DNA of 64,000 nucleotides. Origin: Verrucomicrobiia bacterium (GTDB taxonomy: Bacteria > Methylomirabilota > Methylomirabilia > Rokubacteriales > CSP1-6). The notes beneath the pieces are model-generated. The model made no database searches, had not been told where the DNA came from, and saw only the letters and a list, made by a program, of their open reading frames with translations. Each line of letters opens with the position of its first letter. Within the stretch, counting starts at the first letter, position 1. Made by a program: the position numbers and the translations under genes. Where the stretch lies: positions 149,366 to 213,365 of the forward strand of contig DATJFY010000047.1 in NCBI GenBank assembly GCA_035495415.1. The letters run 5' to 3'. Below are positions 8,868-17,501 of the stretch, in pieces.

Positions 8868-11126
8868 TCAGCGTCGCCGCGTCGCGGCTTCGACCGCGGC
8901 CCGCACCCGGGCGGGCGTGACCGGCAGCGCGGTGAGGCCTACGCCGAGATCGCGGAGGGCGTCGCACACCGCGTTCGCGATCGCCGCCCCGAGCCCGGGA
9001 TTGCCGCATTCCCCCACGCCGCGCAAGCCGAGCGGGTTCGTGTGCGCGGGGATCTCCTGGTAGAAGGCGTCGATGAGGGGCACGTCGGTTGGAAGGGGCA
9101 GCGCGTAGTCGAGCAGAGTGCCGGTGAGGAGCTGGCCGTCCGCGTCGTACTCGAGGCTCTCCAGCACGGCATTGCCGAACCCGAACGCCGCGCCGCCCGC
9201 GAGCTGAGCCTCGATCAGCGCGGGATTGACCGCGCGGCCGACGTCCGCGCCCACCACGATCTTCCGCAGCGCGATCTGCCCGGTCTCTGCGTCCACTTCC
9301 ACGATCACCGCCACGCCGCAGCCCGCGTAGGTCAGCTTGGGCACCGTGAAGGACGCGCCGGCGGCGAGGGGGCCCGCGGCCGCCAGCTCATCGAGGCCCA
9401 GGCGCCGGCCGCGTGCGGAGCAGGCGCCGGCGGCGTAGACCACCTCCTCCGCGGGCACGCGCAGGGCGGCAGCGGCGCGCGTGCGTGCCTCCTCCAAGAG
9501 CTTGCCCGCCGCCATGTGCGCGGCGTTGCCGGCGGTGACGGTGGCGCGAGACCCGTACGTGCCCACCCCGCTCTCCACCGCCGCGGTATCGGGGTGGCGG
9601 ACCACGAAGCGGTCCGCGGGCAGCCCGAGGGCCGAGCCGAGGATCTGCGCGAGCGCGGTCTCGAGACCGGGCCCCATGGACGAGGCGCCGGTGTCCACCG
9701 TGAACCGCCCGTCGGGCCGCGCTTCCACGCGCGCCGTCTCGAAGGGCCCGAGTCCCGTCTTTTCGACGTACATGGCGAGCCCGATGCCGAGCCGCGTTGG
9801 CCCCGCCGCCTGGGCGGCGCGCGCGCCGGCGTAGTCGAGCCGATCGAGCAGCCGCTCGAAGAGGGCGGGGAAGTCGCCGGAGTCGTAGACCGTCTTGACG
9901 CCAAACGACACGGTCCCGCAATCCCACGGCATCTCGTCTGATCGTACGAGGTTTCGTCGCCTGACGTCGGCGGCATCGAGGCCCAGCCGCACCGCCGCCG
10001 CGTCGAGGAGCCGCTCGCGCGCGAAGTTGCACTCGGGCCGGCCGGGCGAGCGCAGCGTGCCCACCGGCGTCTTGTTGGTCACCACGCTCCAGAGGTCGCA
10101 GGCGTAGTCGGGCATGCGGTACGGGCCGGGCAGGAGGGCGGCGCCGAATTCCGCCGGGACCAGCGCGGCGGTGCGCACATAGGCGCCGATGTCGGCCCGG
10201 ATCACGACGCGTACGCCCTGGATACGCCCGTCCCGGTCGAATCCCATCTCGAGCTCGTACACGACCTCGCGCGCGTGATTGGCCGCCATCAAGTTCTCGC
10301 GCCGCTCTTCGATCCAGCGCACCGGCCGGCCGACGCGCAGGGCGGCGAGCGGGATCAGGATGTCCTCGGGGTAGAGCTCGCCGCGCACCCCGAACCCGCC
10401 GCCCACGTCCACCTCGGTGAGCCGGAGGGCGCCCGGCGGCAGCCCGAAGATCGGCGCGAGGATGCCGCGATTGATGTGGATGCACTTGGTCGAGCCGATG
10501 AGATGGAGCTCGCCCCCGCTCGCCGCGGGTGGCACCGCCACCAGCCCGCGCGTCTCCAGCGCGGCTGCGGTCTGGCGTCCATGAGTGAAGCGCTCGCGCA
10601 GGACCAGGTGCGCGCGGGCGAGCGCAGCCTCGGCGTCGCCCACGCGCATCCGGATGAGGGCGACGTTGTTGGAGTCGGTGTCGGGGAAGAGCCGCGGGGC
10701 TCCCGGCGCCAGGGCGGCGTCCACCGATGCCGCCACCGGCACGGGCGCGTACTGGACGTCGATCGCCTCCAGCGCGTCCTCGGCGAGATAGCGCGTGTCG
10801 GCCAGGACCAGCGCCACCGGCTCGCCGACATAGCGGACCACGTCCCGCGCGATCGCCGGCTGGAGATAGCGCGTGGCGCCGTCGGGCACGGGCACGCGGT
10901 TGGGGATGATCGCGGCGGTGGGCACGTCGGCGGCGGTGAGCACGGCGCGGACGCCCGGCAGGGCCAGGGCCCGCCGGGCGTCGATGGCCAGGAGCCGCGC
11001 ATGGGCGTGGCGCGAGCGCAGCACCGCGGCCTCGAGCGCGCCCTCGGCGCGGACGTCCGCGGTGAAGCGACCATGGCCGGTCAGGAGCGGCTCGGCGCCG
11101 AGCCGGGTAAGAGGCGCGCCGATCAT
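8868..11126 (-). CDS. xanthine dehydrogenase/CO dehydrogenase-family molybdopterin-binding large subunit (no adjacent FAD or FeS subunit genes)
   Basis: 752-aa ORF with family hallmarks: GRFTADV N-terminus, VGGGFGVRGELYPEDIL and GVGECGNPGLGAAIANAV near the C-terminus. The active-site loop region reads TNKTPVGTLRSPGRPE. Confidence 0.9.
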   Translation of the reverse strand: MIGAPLTRLGAEPLLTGHGRFTADVRAEGALEAAVLRSRHAHARLLAIDARRALALPGVRAVLTAADVPTAAIIPNRVPVPDGATRYLQPAIARDVVRYVGEPVALVLADTRYLAEDALEAIDVQYAPVPVAASVDAALAPGAPRLFPDTDSNNVALIRMRVGDAEAALARAHLVLRERFTHGRQTAAALETRGLVAVPPAASGGELHLIGSTKCIHINRGILAPIFGLPPGALRLTEVDVGGGFGVRGELYPEDILIPLAALRVGRPVRWIEERRENLMAANHAREVVYELEMGFDRDGRIQGVRVVIRADIGAYVRTAALVPAEFGAALLPGPYRMPDYACDLWSVVTNKTPVGTLRSPGRPECNFARERLLDAAAVRLGLDAADVRRRNLVRSDEMPWDCGTVSFGVKTVYDSGDFPALFERLLDRLDYAGARAAQAAGPTRLGIGLAMYVEKTGLGPFETARVEARPDGRFTVDTGASSMGPGLETALAQILGSALGLPADRFVVRHPDTAAVESGVGTYGSRATVTAGNAAHMAAGKLLEEARTRAAAALRVPAEEVVYAAGACSARGRRLGLDELAAAGPLAAGASFTVPKLTYAGCGVAVIVEVDAETGQIALRKIVVGADVGRAVNPALIEAQLAGGAAFGFGNAVLESLEYDADGQLLTGTLLDYALPLPTDVPLIDAFYQEIPAHTNPLGLRGVGECGNPGLGAAIANAVCDALRDLGVGLTALPVTPARVRAAVEAATRRR

Positions 11127-11170
11127 GCGCCGAGGAGCGGAAGCGGAAGGGAGGGTCGCGTCACCGGCGG

Positions 11171-11200
11171 ATCATAGCCCGCGCCCGACGGGACGATCAA
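11171..11200 (-). promoter_or_regulatory. candidate promoter (TTGATC-18-TATGAT) for the orphan large-subunit gene
   Basis: On the minus strand: -35 at 11200-11195, an 18-nt spacer, and -10 TATGAT at 11176-11171. The predicted leader of about 37 nt is pyrimidine-rich (CCCTCCCTTCCGCTTCCGCTCC) and has no SD. Confidence 0.35.
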
Positions 11201-11284
11201 CCCCGCGCGCCTTGACAGGCCACGGGCCGTTTGTTACTTGTATTTCGCCCACATGCAGACCCTCTCGCCCCGGAGGACGCGCCG

Positions 11285-11698
11285 ATGACCCTCTTCAAGG
11301 CCTTCAACCACGTCTCCATCACCGTGACCGATCTGGCCAAGGCCAAGGAGTTCTACGGCGGCCTGCTCGGTTTCAAGGAGATCCCCCGGCCGGCCTTCAA
11401 CTTCCCCGGGGTCTGGTACGGCATCGGCGGGGATCTGTCGCTGCACATCATCGTGAACGAGGCCCTCGTGCGGCCGCCGGTCGAGCGCGCCGCGTTCGAG
11501 GGACGGTACCCGCACTTCGCCCTGTGGACGGATGACTGCGACGCCACGGCGGAGCAGCTCGCCGGCACCGGCATCCACGTCCACGATCTCGTGTCCACGC
11601 CAACCGGGCTCCGCCAGCTCTTCGTGAAGGATCCCGACGGCAACATGCTGGAATTCATCGGTCCCACCAAGGCGCCGCGCGTTCGCCGCATGGAGTAG
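11285..11698 (+). CDS. VOC (glyoxalase/bleomycin resistance/dioxygenase) family protein
   Basis: ORF 11231..11698. The internal ATG at 11285 is preceded by GGAGG 8 nt upstream. The N-terminus FNHVSITVTDLAKAKEFYGGLLGF is typical of VOC proteins. Confidence 0.8.
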   Translation: MTLFKAFNHVSITVTDLAKAKEFYGGLLGFKEIPRPAFNFPGVWYGIGGDLSLHIIVNEALVRPPVERAAFEGRYPHFALWTDDCDATAEQLAGTGIHVHDLVSTPTGLRQLFVKDPDGNMLEFIGPTKAPRVRRME

Positions 11699-11733
11699 CG
11701 GCTCCCACACCCGCGACACGAAAGGAGACCACG

Positions 11734-12969
11734 ATGAAGTCGATCACCCGCCGTAGCTTCCTCGCTACCGGCGCCGCCGCCGCCGGCGTGACGGCGACCC
11801 AGGGTTTTTTCCCCGCCGTGCTCCGCGCCCAGAGCGATCCCATCCGGATCGGCTTCCCGCTTCCGCTCACCGGGCCCTTCGCCGCCCTCGCCGCGGATCA
11901 GCAGCGCGGGGCGCAGCTCGCCCAGGACGAGCTCAACGCCAAGGGCGGCATCATGGGGCGTAAGGTCGAGGTGCTCTTCCGGGATGACCAGCTCAAGCCC
12001 GCGGTGGGCGCCCAGCGCACCAAGGAGCTGATCGAGAACGAGAAAGTGCAGTTCGTGGTGGGCGGCCTCGCCGCGCACGTCCAGATGGCCATCAACGAGC
12101 AGACCAAGAAGTCCAAGGTGCTGTTCATCTCGGTGAGCCAGTCGGACGAGATCAGCGCCAAACCGGACACGAGCCCCATCACCTTCCACGAGGCGCTGAA
12201 CCCCACCATCACGTCGCGGGTCATGGGCAAGTGGACCTGCGACAACCTCGGAAAGAAGTGGTGGATCATCTACGCCGACTACGCGTGGGGCAAGCAGAAC
12301 AACATGGTGCTCGCCGACACCCTCAAGGCCAACGGGGGGACCCTGCTGGGGTCGACCCCGTACCCGCTGGGCAGCGCGGAGTTCTCCGCGCATCTGCCCA
12401 AGATCCAGGCAGCCAAGCCGGACGTGCTCATGTCGGTGACCCCGGGCGCGGACAACATCGCGTTCCTCAAGCAGGCGCGGAGCTTCGGCATGGACAAGCA
12501 GATGAAGCTCGCCCAGCCGCTGGTGTGGATCTCCTATCTCAAGGAGGGCGGCCCCGAGCTCTACCAGGATGTGTACGGGGCGACCAACTGGTACTGGGAG
12601 CTCCAGGATTCGATTCCCACTGCCAAGAAATACGTCGAGGCGTCCATGAAGAAGTTCAACATGCCGCCGGGCGACTACGGCGCGTACGCGTACTCCGCGG
12701 TCCTGGAAGTGGCGCGGGGAGTGGAGCTGGCGAAGTCCACCGACTCCTTCGCGGTGGCCGACGCCCTGCGGAAGAGCCCCACCTACGACCACTTCAAGGG
12801 CAAGCAGTGGTGGCGGACGTGCGACAACAAGTCGTTCCAGGATCTGTGGATCATGAAGGGGCGGGGCCCGGGCAAGACCAAGGGCGAGTGGGGCCTCGTC
12901 GATATCGTGGCCCGCGTGCCCGCCGACGAGAAGTACGACCGCACCTGCGCCGAAAAAGGTTTTGCATGA
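11734..12969 (+). CDS. Liv/HAAT-type ABC substrate-binding protein with twin-arginine signal
   Basis: N-terminus MKSITRRSFLATGAAAAGVTA contains a Tat-type RRxFL motif. The mature part (PIRIGFPLPLTGPFAALA...) is a type-1 periplasmic binding fold. An AAAGGAG SD precedes the ATG. Confidence 0.9.
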   Translation: MKSITRRSFLATGAAAAGVTATQGFFPAVLRAQSDPIRIGFPLPLTGPFAALAADQQRGAQLAQDELNAKGGIMGRKVEVLFRDDQLKPAVGAQRTKELIENEKVQFVVGGLAAHVQMAINEQTKKSKVLFISVSQSDEISAKPDTSPITFHEALNPTITSRVMGKWTCDNLGKKWWIIYADYAWGKQNNMVLADTLKANGGTLLGSTPYPLGSAEFSAHLPKIQAAKPDVLMSVTPGADNIAFLKQARSFGMDKQMKLAQPLVWISYLKEGGPELYQDVYGATNWYWELQDSIPTAKKYVEASMKKFNMPPGDYGAYAYSAVLEVARGVELAKSTDSFAVADALRKSPTYDHFKGKQWWRTCDNKSFQDLWIMKGRGPGKTKGEWGLVDIVARVPADEKYDRTCAEKGFA

Positions 12970-12989
12970 CCGTCGCGCCGCAGCGGCTT

Positions 12990-13063
12990 GGCGAGGCGCA
13001 GCCCGCGGTCGGAGCCGGAGCCGCAGGCGAGGCGACCCCTCAACGGTCGAGCCGAGCGGATAC
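12990..13063. repeat. copy of a dispersed GC-rich intergenic repeat (inverted relative to the 17502 units, with an internal 18-nt insertion)
   Basis: GGAGCCGGAGCCGCAGGCGAGGCGA (13011-13035) and GAGCGGATAC (13054-13063) match the reverse complement of the 17502 unit (GGCGAGCCGCAGCCGCAGGCGAGGCGAGCGGATAC), apart from one mismatch and an insertion. A related half-copy GGCGAGGCGCAGCCCGCGG lies at 12990. Confidence 0.6.
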
Positions 13064-13068
13064 GTAAG

Positions 13069-13944
13069 ATGGATCTGGCCGCCGTCCTGCCCCAGGTCTT
13101 CACGGGCCTCGTGCTCGGGATGATCTTCGTGCTGCTCGCGATCGGGCTGTCCCTGATCTTCGGGCTCATGACGGTGGTGAACTTCGCCCACGGCTCGCTC
13201 TACATGCTGGGCGCGTACTTCACGGTGTTCCTGCTCGCGTACACCAAGAGCTTCTGGGTGGCGCTGGTGGTGGCGCCGATCCTGGTGGGAGGGCTCGGGT
13301 TCGCGATCGAGCGGCTGCTCATCCGGCGGCTGTACGGTCGCGGGCCCGACGACCCGCTGCTGCTCACCTTCGGCCTCTCGCTGGTCCTCATCGAGACGGC
13401 CAAGCTTATCTGGGGGAAGATCGGGCTCACCCTCGACCCGCCGCGCGCGCTGGCCGGCGCGGTCGATCTGGGGTTCATGGCGTTTCCGCTCTATCGTCTG
13501 TTCGTCATCGCGGTCACCATCGTCGTCCTCATCGGCCTCTGGGCGTTCGTGAACCGCACCAATGTGGGCCTCATCATCCGCGCCGGCTCGCGCGATCCGC
13601 TGATGGTGCGCGCCCTCGGCGTGGACCTCAACCGGATCTGGCTGCTCGTGTTCGGCGTCGGCTGCGGGCTGGCGGGGCTCGCGGGCGCCCTCGCCGGGCC
13701 CATGCGGGGCGCCTACGCCGACATGGGTGTGACGATGATCATCGAGTCGTTCGTGGTCGTGGTGGTGGGCGGCATGGGCAGTCTGCTGGGCGCGGTGGTG
13801 GCGGGCATCATGATGGGGCAGGTGGTGGGTCTCACGACCCTCTTCGCGCCCAAGCTCGCCGAGATCATGGTCTTCGTCGTGATGGCGGTGGTCCTGCTGA
13901 TCCGGCCCAGCGGCATCTTCGGCGAGGCCGGCCTCGCGGAGTAG
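13069..13944 (+). CDS. livH: branched-chain amino acid (HAAT) ABC transporter permease
   Basis: C-terminal part of ORF 12988..13944, starting at ATG 13069 (MDLAAVLPQVFTGLVLGMIFVLLAIGLSLIFG). This is a typical LivH N-terminus and length. Confidence 0.9.
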   Translation: MDLAAVLPQVFTGLVLGMIFVLLAIGLSLIFGLMTVVNFAHGSLYMLGAYFTVFLLAYTKSFWVALVVAPILVGGLGFAIERLLIRRLYGRGPDDPLLLTFGLSLVLIETAKLIWGKIGLTLDPPRALAGAVDLGFMAFPLYRLFVIAVTIVVLIGLWAFVNRTNVGLIIRAGSRDPLMVRALGVDLNRIWLLVFGVGCGLAGLAGALAGPMRGAYADMGVTMIIESFVVVVVGGMGSLLGAVVAGIMMGQVVGLTTLFAPKLAEIMVFVVMAVVLLIRPSGIFGEAGLAE

Positions 13945-13948
13945 GCCG

Positions 13949-14905
13949 GTGCGGACCGTCACGGAATGGGTGGCGCGCCATCCGGTCTTCGCCTTTGCCC
14001 TTGCCTTCGCGGTCTTTCCGTTCGTCGTCCCCTACAAGGCTCTCGCGGCACAGGTGTTGATCTTCGGGCTCCTCGCCATGGGCTTCAACCTCCTCTACGG
14101 CTACACGGGCCTCTTGTCCTTCGGGCACGCCGCCTACTACGGGCTCGGCGCCTACGGCACCGGGCTCGTCCTCGCCAAGACGAAGCTCGGCTCGCTGTGG
14201 CTGGGGGTGCTCGCGGGCCCGCTGCTCGCCATGGTCGGCGGCGCGGTGATCGGGTTCTTCTGCCTGCGCCGGCGGGGTATTTACTTCGCGATGCTCACGC
14301 TGGCCTTCGCGCAGCTCCTCTACTTCGTGGCCTTCCACCTCGCCGATCTCACCGGGGGCGACGACGGGCTGCGCGGCATTCCGCAGCTGCCGTTCCAGCT
14401 CCTCGGCTGGTCGATTCCCCTGGAATCGACCCTCGCCTTCTACTACTTCGCCTACGTGCTGGTGGTGCTGGCGGTGGCTGCGCTCAAGCGAATCCTCGAC
14501 TCGCCCTTCGGAACCGTGCTCCAGGCCATCCGGGAGAACCCGGACCGCGCGGCCGCCTGCGGCTACGACGTGAACCGCATCAAGCATCTCTCGTTCGTGT
14601 TCTCGGCGACTTTCGCGGGCCTGGCGGGCGGGCTCGACGCGCTGCGCCTCGCGGTGGTGCCGGTCGAGTCGCTGTACTGGACCACCTCGGGGCAGGTGGT
14701 CATCATGACGCTCCTCGGGGGGGCGGGGACGTTCTTCGGGCCCTTCGTGGGCGCGGGCACCTACCTCGTTCTCGAGGATCGCCTGAGCGTGTTCACCGAG
14801 TCGTGGCCCCTCGTCATCGGGCTCATCTTCATGGCGTTCGTCCTGTTCCTGCCCAAGGGCATCTGGGGCACGCTGGTCGGACGTCTTCCCATTGGGAGGA
14901 TCTGA
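13949..14905 (+). CDS. livM: branched-chain amino acid (HAAT) ABC transporter permease
   Basis: ORF track with a GTG start. The LivM-type motif FNLLYGYTGLLSFGHAAYYGLGAY is present. Confidence 0.9.
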   Translation: MRTVTEWVARHPVFAFALAFAVFPFVVPYKALAAQVLIFGLLAMGFNLLYGYTGLLSFGHAAYYGLGAYGTGLVLAKTKLGSLWLGVLAGPLLAMVGGAVIGFFCLRRRGIYFAMLTLAFAQLLYFVAFHLADLTGGDDGLRGIPQLPFQLLGWSIPLESTLAFYYFAYVLVVLAVAALKRILDSPFGTVLQAIRENPDRAAACGYDVNRIKHLSFVFSATFAGLAGGLDALRLAVVPVESLYWTTSGQVVIMTLLGGAGTFFGPFVGAGTYLVLEDRLSVFTESWPLVIGLIFMAFVLFLPKGIWGTLVGRLPIGRI

Positions 14906-14906
14906 T

Positions 14907-15371
14907 ATGGCGATTACAGTGCTCGAGCTCCATCATCACGGCATTCGCGTCCGTCCGGAGAAGGCCGACGAGGTGAAGGCGTTCTACGAGGACGTGCTGG
15001 GTCTCCGCGCCGATCCCGGGCGGCCGAACATTCCCGGCATCCCCGGATACTGGATGGACTGCGGCAACGACACGCAGATCCACATCATGGGCTGCGAGGG
15101 GATGTCGCGCTACGCCCAGGGCAGCCCCGACAAGGATCCCACGCGCCTGCACGTCGCGCTCGCCATCCCCGACATCCAGGAAGCCAAGAGAGAGCTGGAC
15201 CAGATGGGCGTGAAGTACTGGACCATCAAGTCGGTGGTGGGCCCCGAGCTGGAGCAGATCTTCATGGACGACCCGAACGGCAATCTGGTCGAGCTCCATC
15301 AGATCGGGACCTGCCGGTGCAAGCAGTCGTCGCGCCCGCATCGCATCACGCCGCCGGCCAGCATGGCCTAG
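14907..15371 (+). CDS. VOC family protein
   Basis: ORF 14892..15371. ATG 14907 lies 1 nt after the livM stop. LHHHGIRV...FYEDVLGL and NGNLVELHQ are VOC-type beta-alpha-beta-beta-beta modules. Confidence 0.8.
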   Translation: MAITVLELHHHGIRVRPEKADEVKAFYEDVLGLRADPGRPNIPGIPGYWMDCGNDTQIHIMGCEGMSRYAQGSPDKDPTRLHVALAIPDIQEAKRELDQMGVKYWTIKSVVGPELEQIFMDDPNGNLVELHQIGTCRCKQSSRPHRITPPASMA

Positions 15372-15374
15372 GTC

Positions 15375-16559
15375 ATGGCGGTCTCGGACAGCCAGTCGGC
15401 CTACGTCGAGCGCATCGACGAAGTCACCCGGACGCGCATCGCTCCTCGGGCGGCGGTGTACGACCGCGAAGGAAAGAATCCCGTCGAGAGCTGGCGGGAT
15501 CTCTGGCGCGAGGGCTTCCTCGCCGCCGCAGTGCCCGCCGCCTACGGGGGGCGCGGGCTCGACATGGCCACGTATGTGGCGGCCCTTCGTGCCATTGCGC
15601 GCGGCTGCGCCAATACCGCCATGACCGTGCACATGCACTCCACGGTCATGCGCTTCATCGACGCCCTCTGCACCGATGCGCAGAAGCGTCGGTACTACGC
15701 GGAAGTGGTGGACCACGGCAAGCTCTTCGGCTCCTGGGGCAGCGAGCCGGCGGTGAGCCTCTCCCGCACGTTCCAGGTCGAGACGGTGGTGCGCCGCCGC
15801 GACGGCGGCTTCGCAGTGGACGGGCTCAAGCACTTCTGCACCATGGCGCTCGGCGCGTCCTACTACATGGTCTGGTGCGCGCTGGACGGCGAGAACGACA
15901 TGTCGAAGGCGCTCATCCAGGTGCTGGTCCCGGCGGACACCCCGGGCATCCATACCGAAGGCAAATGGGACACTCTCGGCATGCGCGCGACGTACAGCCC
16001 GAGCGTGGAGCTGCGCGACGTACGGGTGACGCCGGAGGCCCTGATGGGGGAACCGGGCCACGCGCTCAGGGTGGGGGTGGTCGAAAGCTTTGCGCTGGGC
16101 TACGCCGCGGTGTACGTGGGCCTCGCAGAGTCCGCCCTCGCATTCGCCATCCAGGCGGTGAAGCAACGGGTCATCAAGCCCGAGAACATCCCGGTGGCAC
16201 ACGATCCCGCGGTGCAGCGCCACATCGGGGACCTGGAGGCGCGCCTGCATGCGGTGCTGCTGGTGCTCGGGGACGCGTCCGCCCGCTGGGACAAGGCCGA
16301 CATGCTGCAGCGGGGGCTCCTCGCCAATCGCGCCAAGCTGCTTGCCACCGAGGTGGGGCTGGCGGTGACGAGCCACGCCATCCAGACCGTCGGGGGACGG
16401 GCCGCCTACAAGGAATTCCCGGTGGAGCGCGCGTTCCGGGATCTCCGCACCGCGACCCTGATGCCGCCGACCATGGATCGCATGATGGAGGCCATCGGGA
16501 AGGCCGCCCTCGGCCTCGACGCGGCGATGTTCCGCGTGGGCGGCGCGCCGAGCGCCTGA
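15375..16559 (+). CDS. acyl-CoA dehydrogenase family protein
   Basis: 394-aa ORF with an ACAD-like three-domain layout (N-terminal helical, middle beta, C-terminal helical with RVGGRAAYKEFPVERAFRD). Confidence 0.85.
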   Translation: MAVSDSQSAYVERIDEVTRTRIAPRAAVYDREGKNPVESWRDLWREGFLAAAVPAAYGGRGLDMATYVAALRAIARGCANTAMTVHMHSTVMRFIDALCTDAQKRRYYAEVVDHGKLFGSWGSEPAVSLSRTFQVETVVRRRDGGFAVDGLKHFCTMALGASYYMVWCALDGENDMSKALIQVLVPADTPGIHTEGKWDTLGMRATYSPSVELRDVRVTPEALMGEPGHALRVGVVESFALGYAAVYVGLAESALAFAIQAVKQRVIKPENIPVAHDPAVQRHIGDLEARLHAVLLVLGDASARWDKADMLQRGLLANRAKLLATEVGLAVTSHAIQTVGGRAAYKEFPVERAFRDLRTATLMPPTMDRMMEAIGKAALGLDAAMFRVGGAPSA

Positions 16560-16564
16560 GCGGC

Positions 16565-17452
16565 ATGGGCGCGGTCGGCTTCGTGGGCCTCGGCGCCATG
16601 GGCACGCCCATGGTGAAGCGCCTCCTCGCCGCGGGGCACACCGTCACCGGCTACAACCGCACCCGGGCCAAGGCGGAGGCGCTCGCCCCGCTCGGCCTCG
16701 TCGTGGCGGGTTCCCCGCGGGAGGCCGCCGCGGCGGGCGACGCGGTGCTCAGCATGGTCACAGACTCGCACGCCCTGCGCCGCATCGCCGAAGGCCCGGA
16801 CGGGATCCTCGCTGGGCTCCGGCCGGGTGCGGTGTGGGCGGACATGAGCACGGTGAGTCCCGCGGTGTCGCGCGCGATGGGCGCGGAGGTGGCCGCGCGG
16901 GGCGCCGTGTTCCTGGACGCCCCAGTCTCCGGCAGCGCCGTCACCGTCGAGCAGGGAAAGCTCGCCTACCTCGTGGGCGGCGACACCGCCGCGCTGGAGC
17001 GGGTGCGCCCCTATCTCCTCGCCATCGGCGCCACCATCACCCACATGGGCGCGCTGGGCATGGCGGTCACGATGAAGGTCGCGCTCAACCTTGGCATCGC
17101 CGTGCAGCTCACCGCCTACGCGGAGACGGTGCTCCTCGCCGAGAAGGCCGGCATCAGCCGCGAGCGCGCGGTGGAGGCGTTCACCCGCAGCGTGCTCGCC
17201 TCGCCGATGCTCCAGTACCGCAGCACGTTCGTGCTCGCCTCGCCCGCCGAGCCCCTGTTCGATTGCGTGATGATGCAGAAGGATCTGGGCCTCGCGCTGG
17301 AGCTGGGGCATGCGGCGGGCGTGCCGCTGCCCACCACCGCCATTGCCCACGAGCTGTTGACGGCCGCGCGGGCGCTGGGCCTCGGGGACCGCGACTGCGC
17401 GGCGGTGTTCGACGTCTTGGCGCGGCTATCCGGCCAGCCCGGGAGCATGTAG
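16565..17452 (+). CDS. NAD(P)-dependent beta-hydroxyacid dehydrogenase (3-hydroxyisobutyrate dehydrogenase family)
   Basis: C-terminal part of ORF 15317..17452, starting at ATG 16565. The Rossmann motif VGFVGLGAMGTPMV and family segments DAPVSGS and MKVALN are present. Confidence 0.85.
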   Translation: MGAVGFVGLGAMGTPMVKRLLAAGHTVTGYNRTRAKAEALAPLGLVVAGSPREAAAAGDAVLSMVTDSHALRRIAEGPDGILAGLRPGAVWADMSTVSPAVSRAMGAEVAARGAVFLDAPVSGSAVTVEQGKLAYLVGGDTAALERVRPYLLAIGATITHMGALGMAVTMKVALNLGIAVQLTAYAETVLLAEKAGISRERAVEAFTRSVLASPMLQYRSTFVLASPAEPLFDCVMMQKDLGLALELGHAAGVPLPTTAIAHELLTAARALGLGDRDCAAVFDVLARLSGQPGSM

Positions 17453-17501
17453 TGGACCGGCGTCTCGTGCACGGCCCTCGCTCCGCTCGGGAAACCATCA
17501 A

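Noticed and set aside
11353-13962. 869-aa minus-strand ORF, plus many other long ORFs antisense to or overlapping confident genes. Examples: 1315-2409, 4772-6121, 14829-16376, 38175-39980, 40636-42162, 58791-60332, 62580-63617 and 20195-21601.
   Set aside because: These are typical high-GC shadow ORFs. Their translations are dominated by Arg, Gly, Ala, Pro, His and Asp, with no recognisable motifs. Each one fully overlaps a gene on the other strand or in another frame that has clear family signatures.
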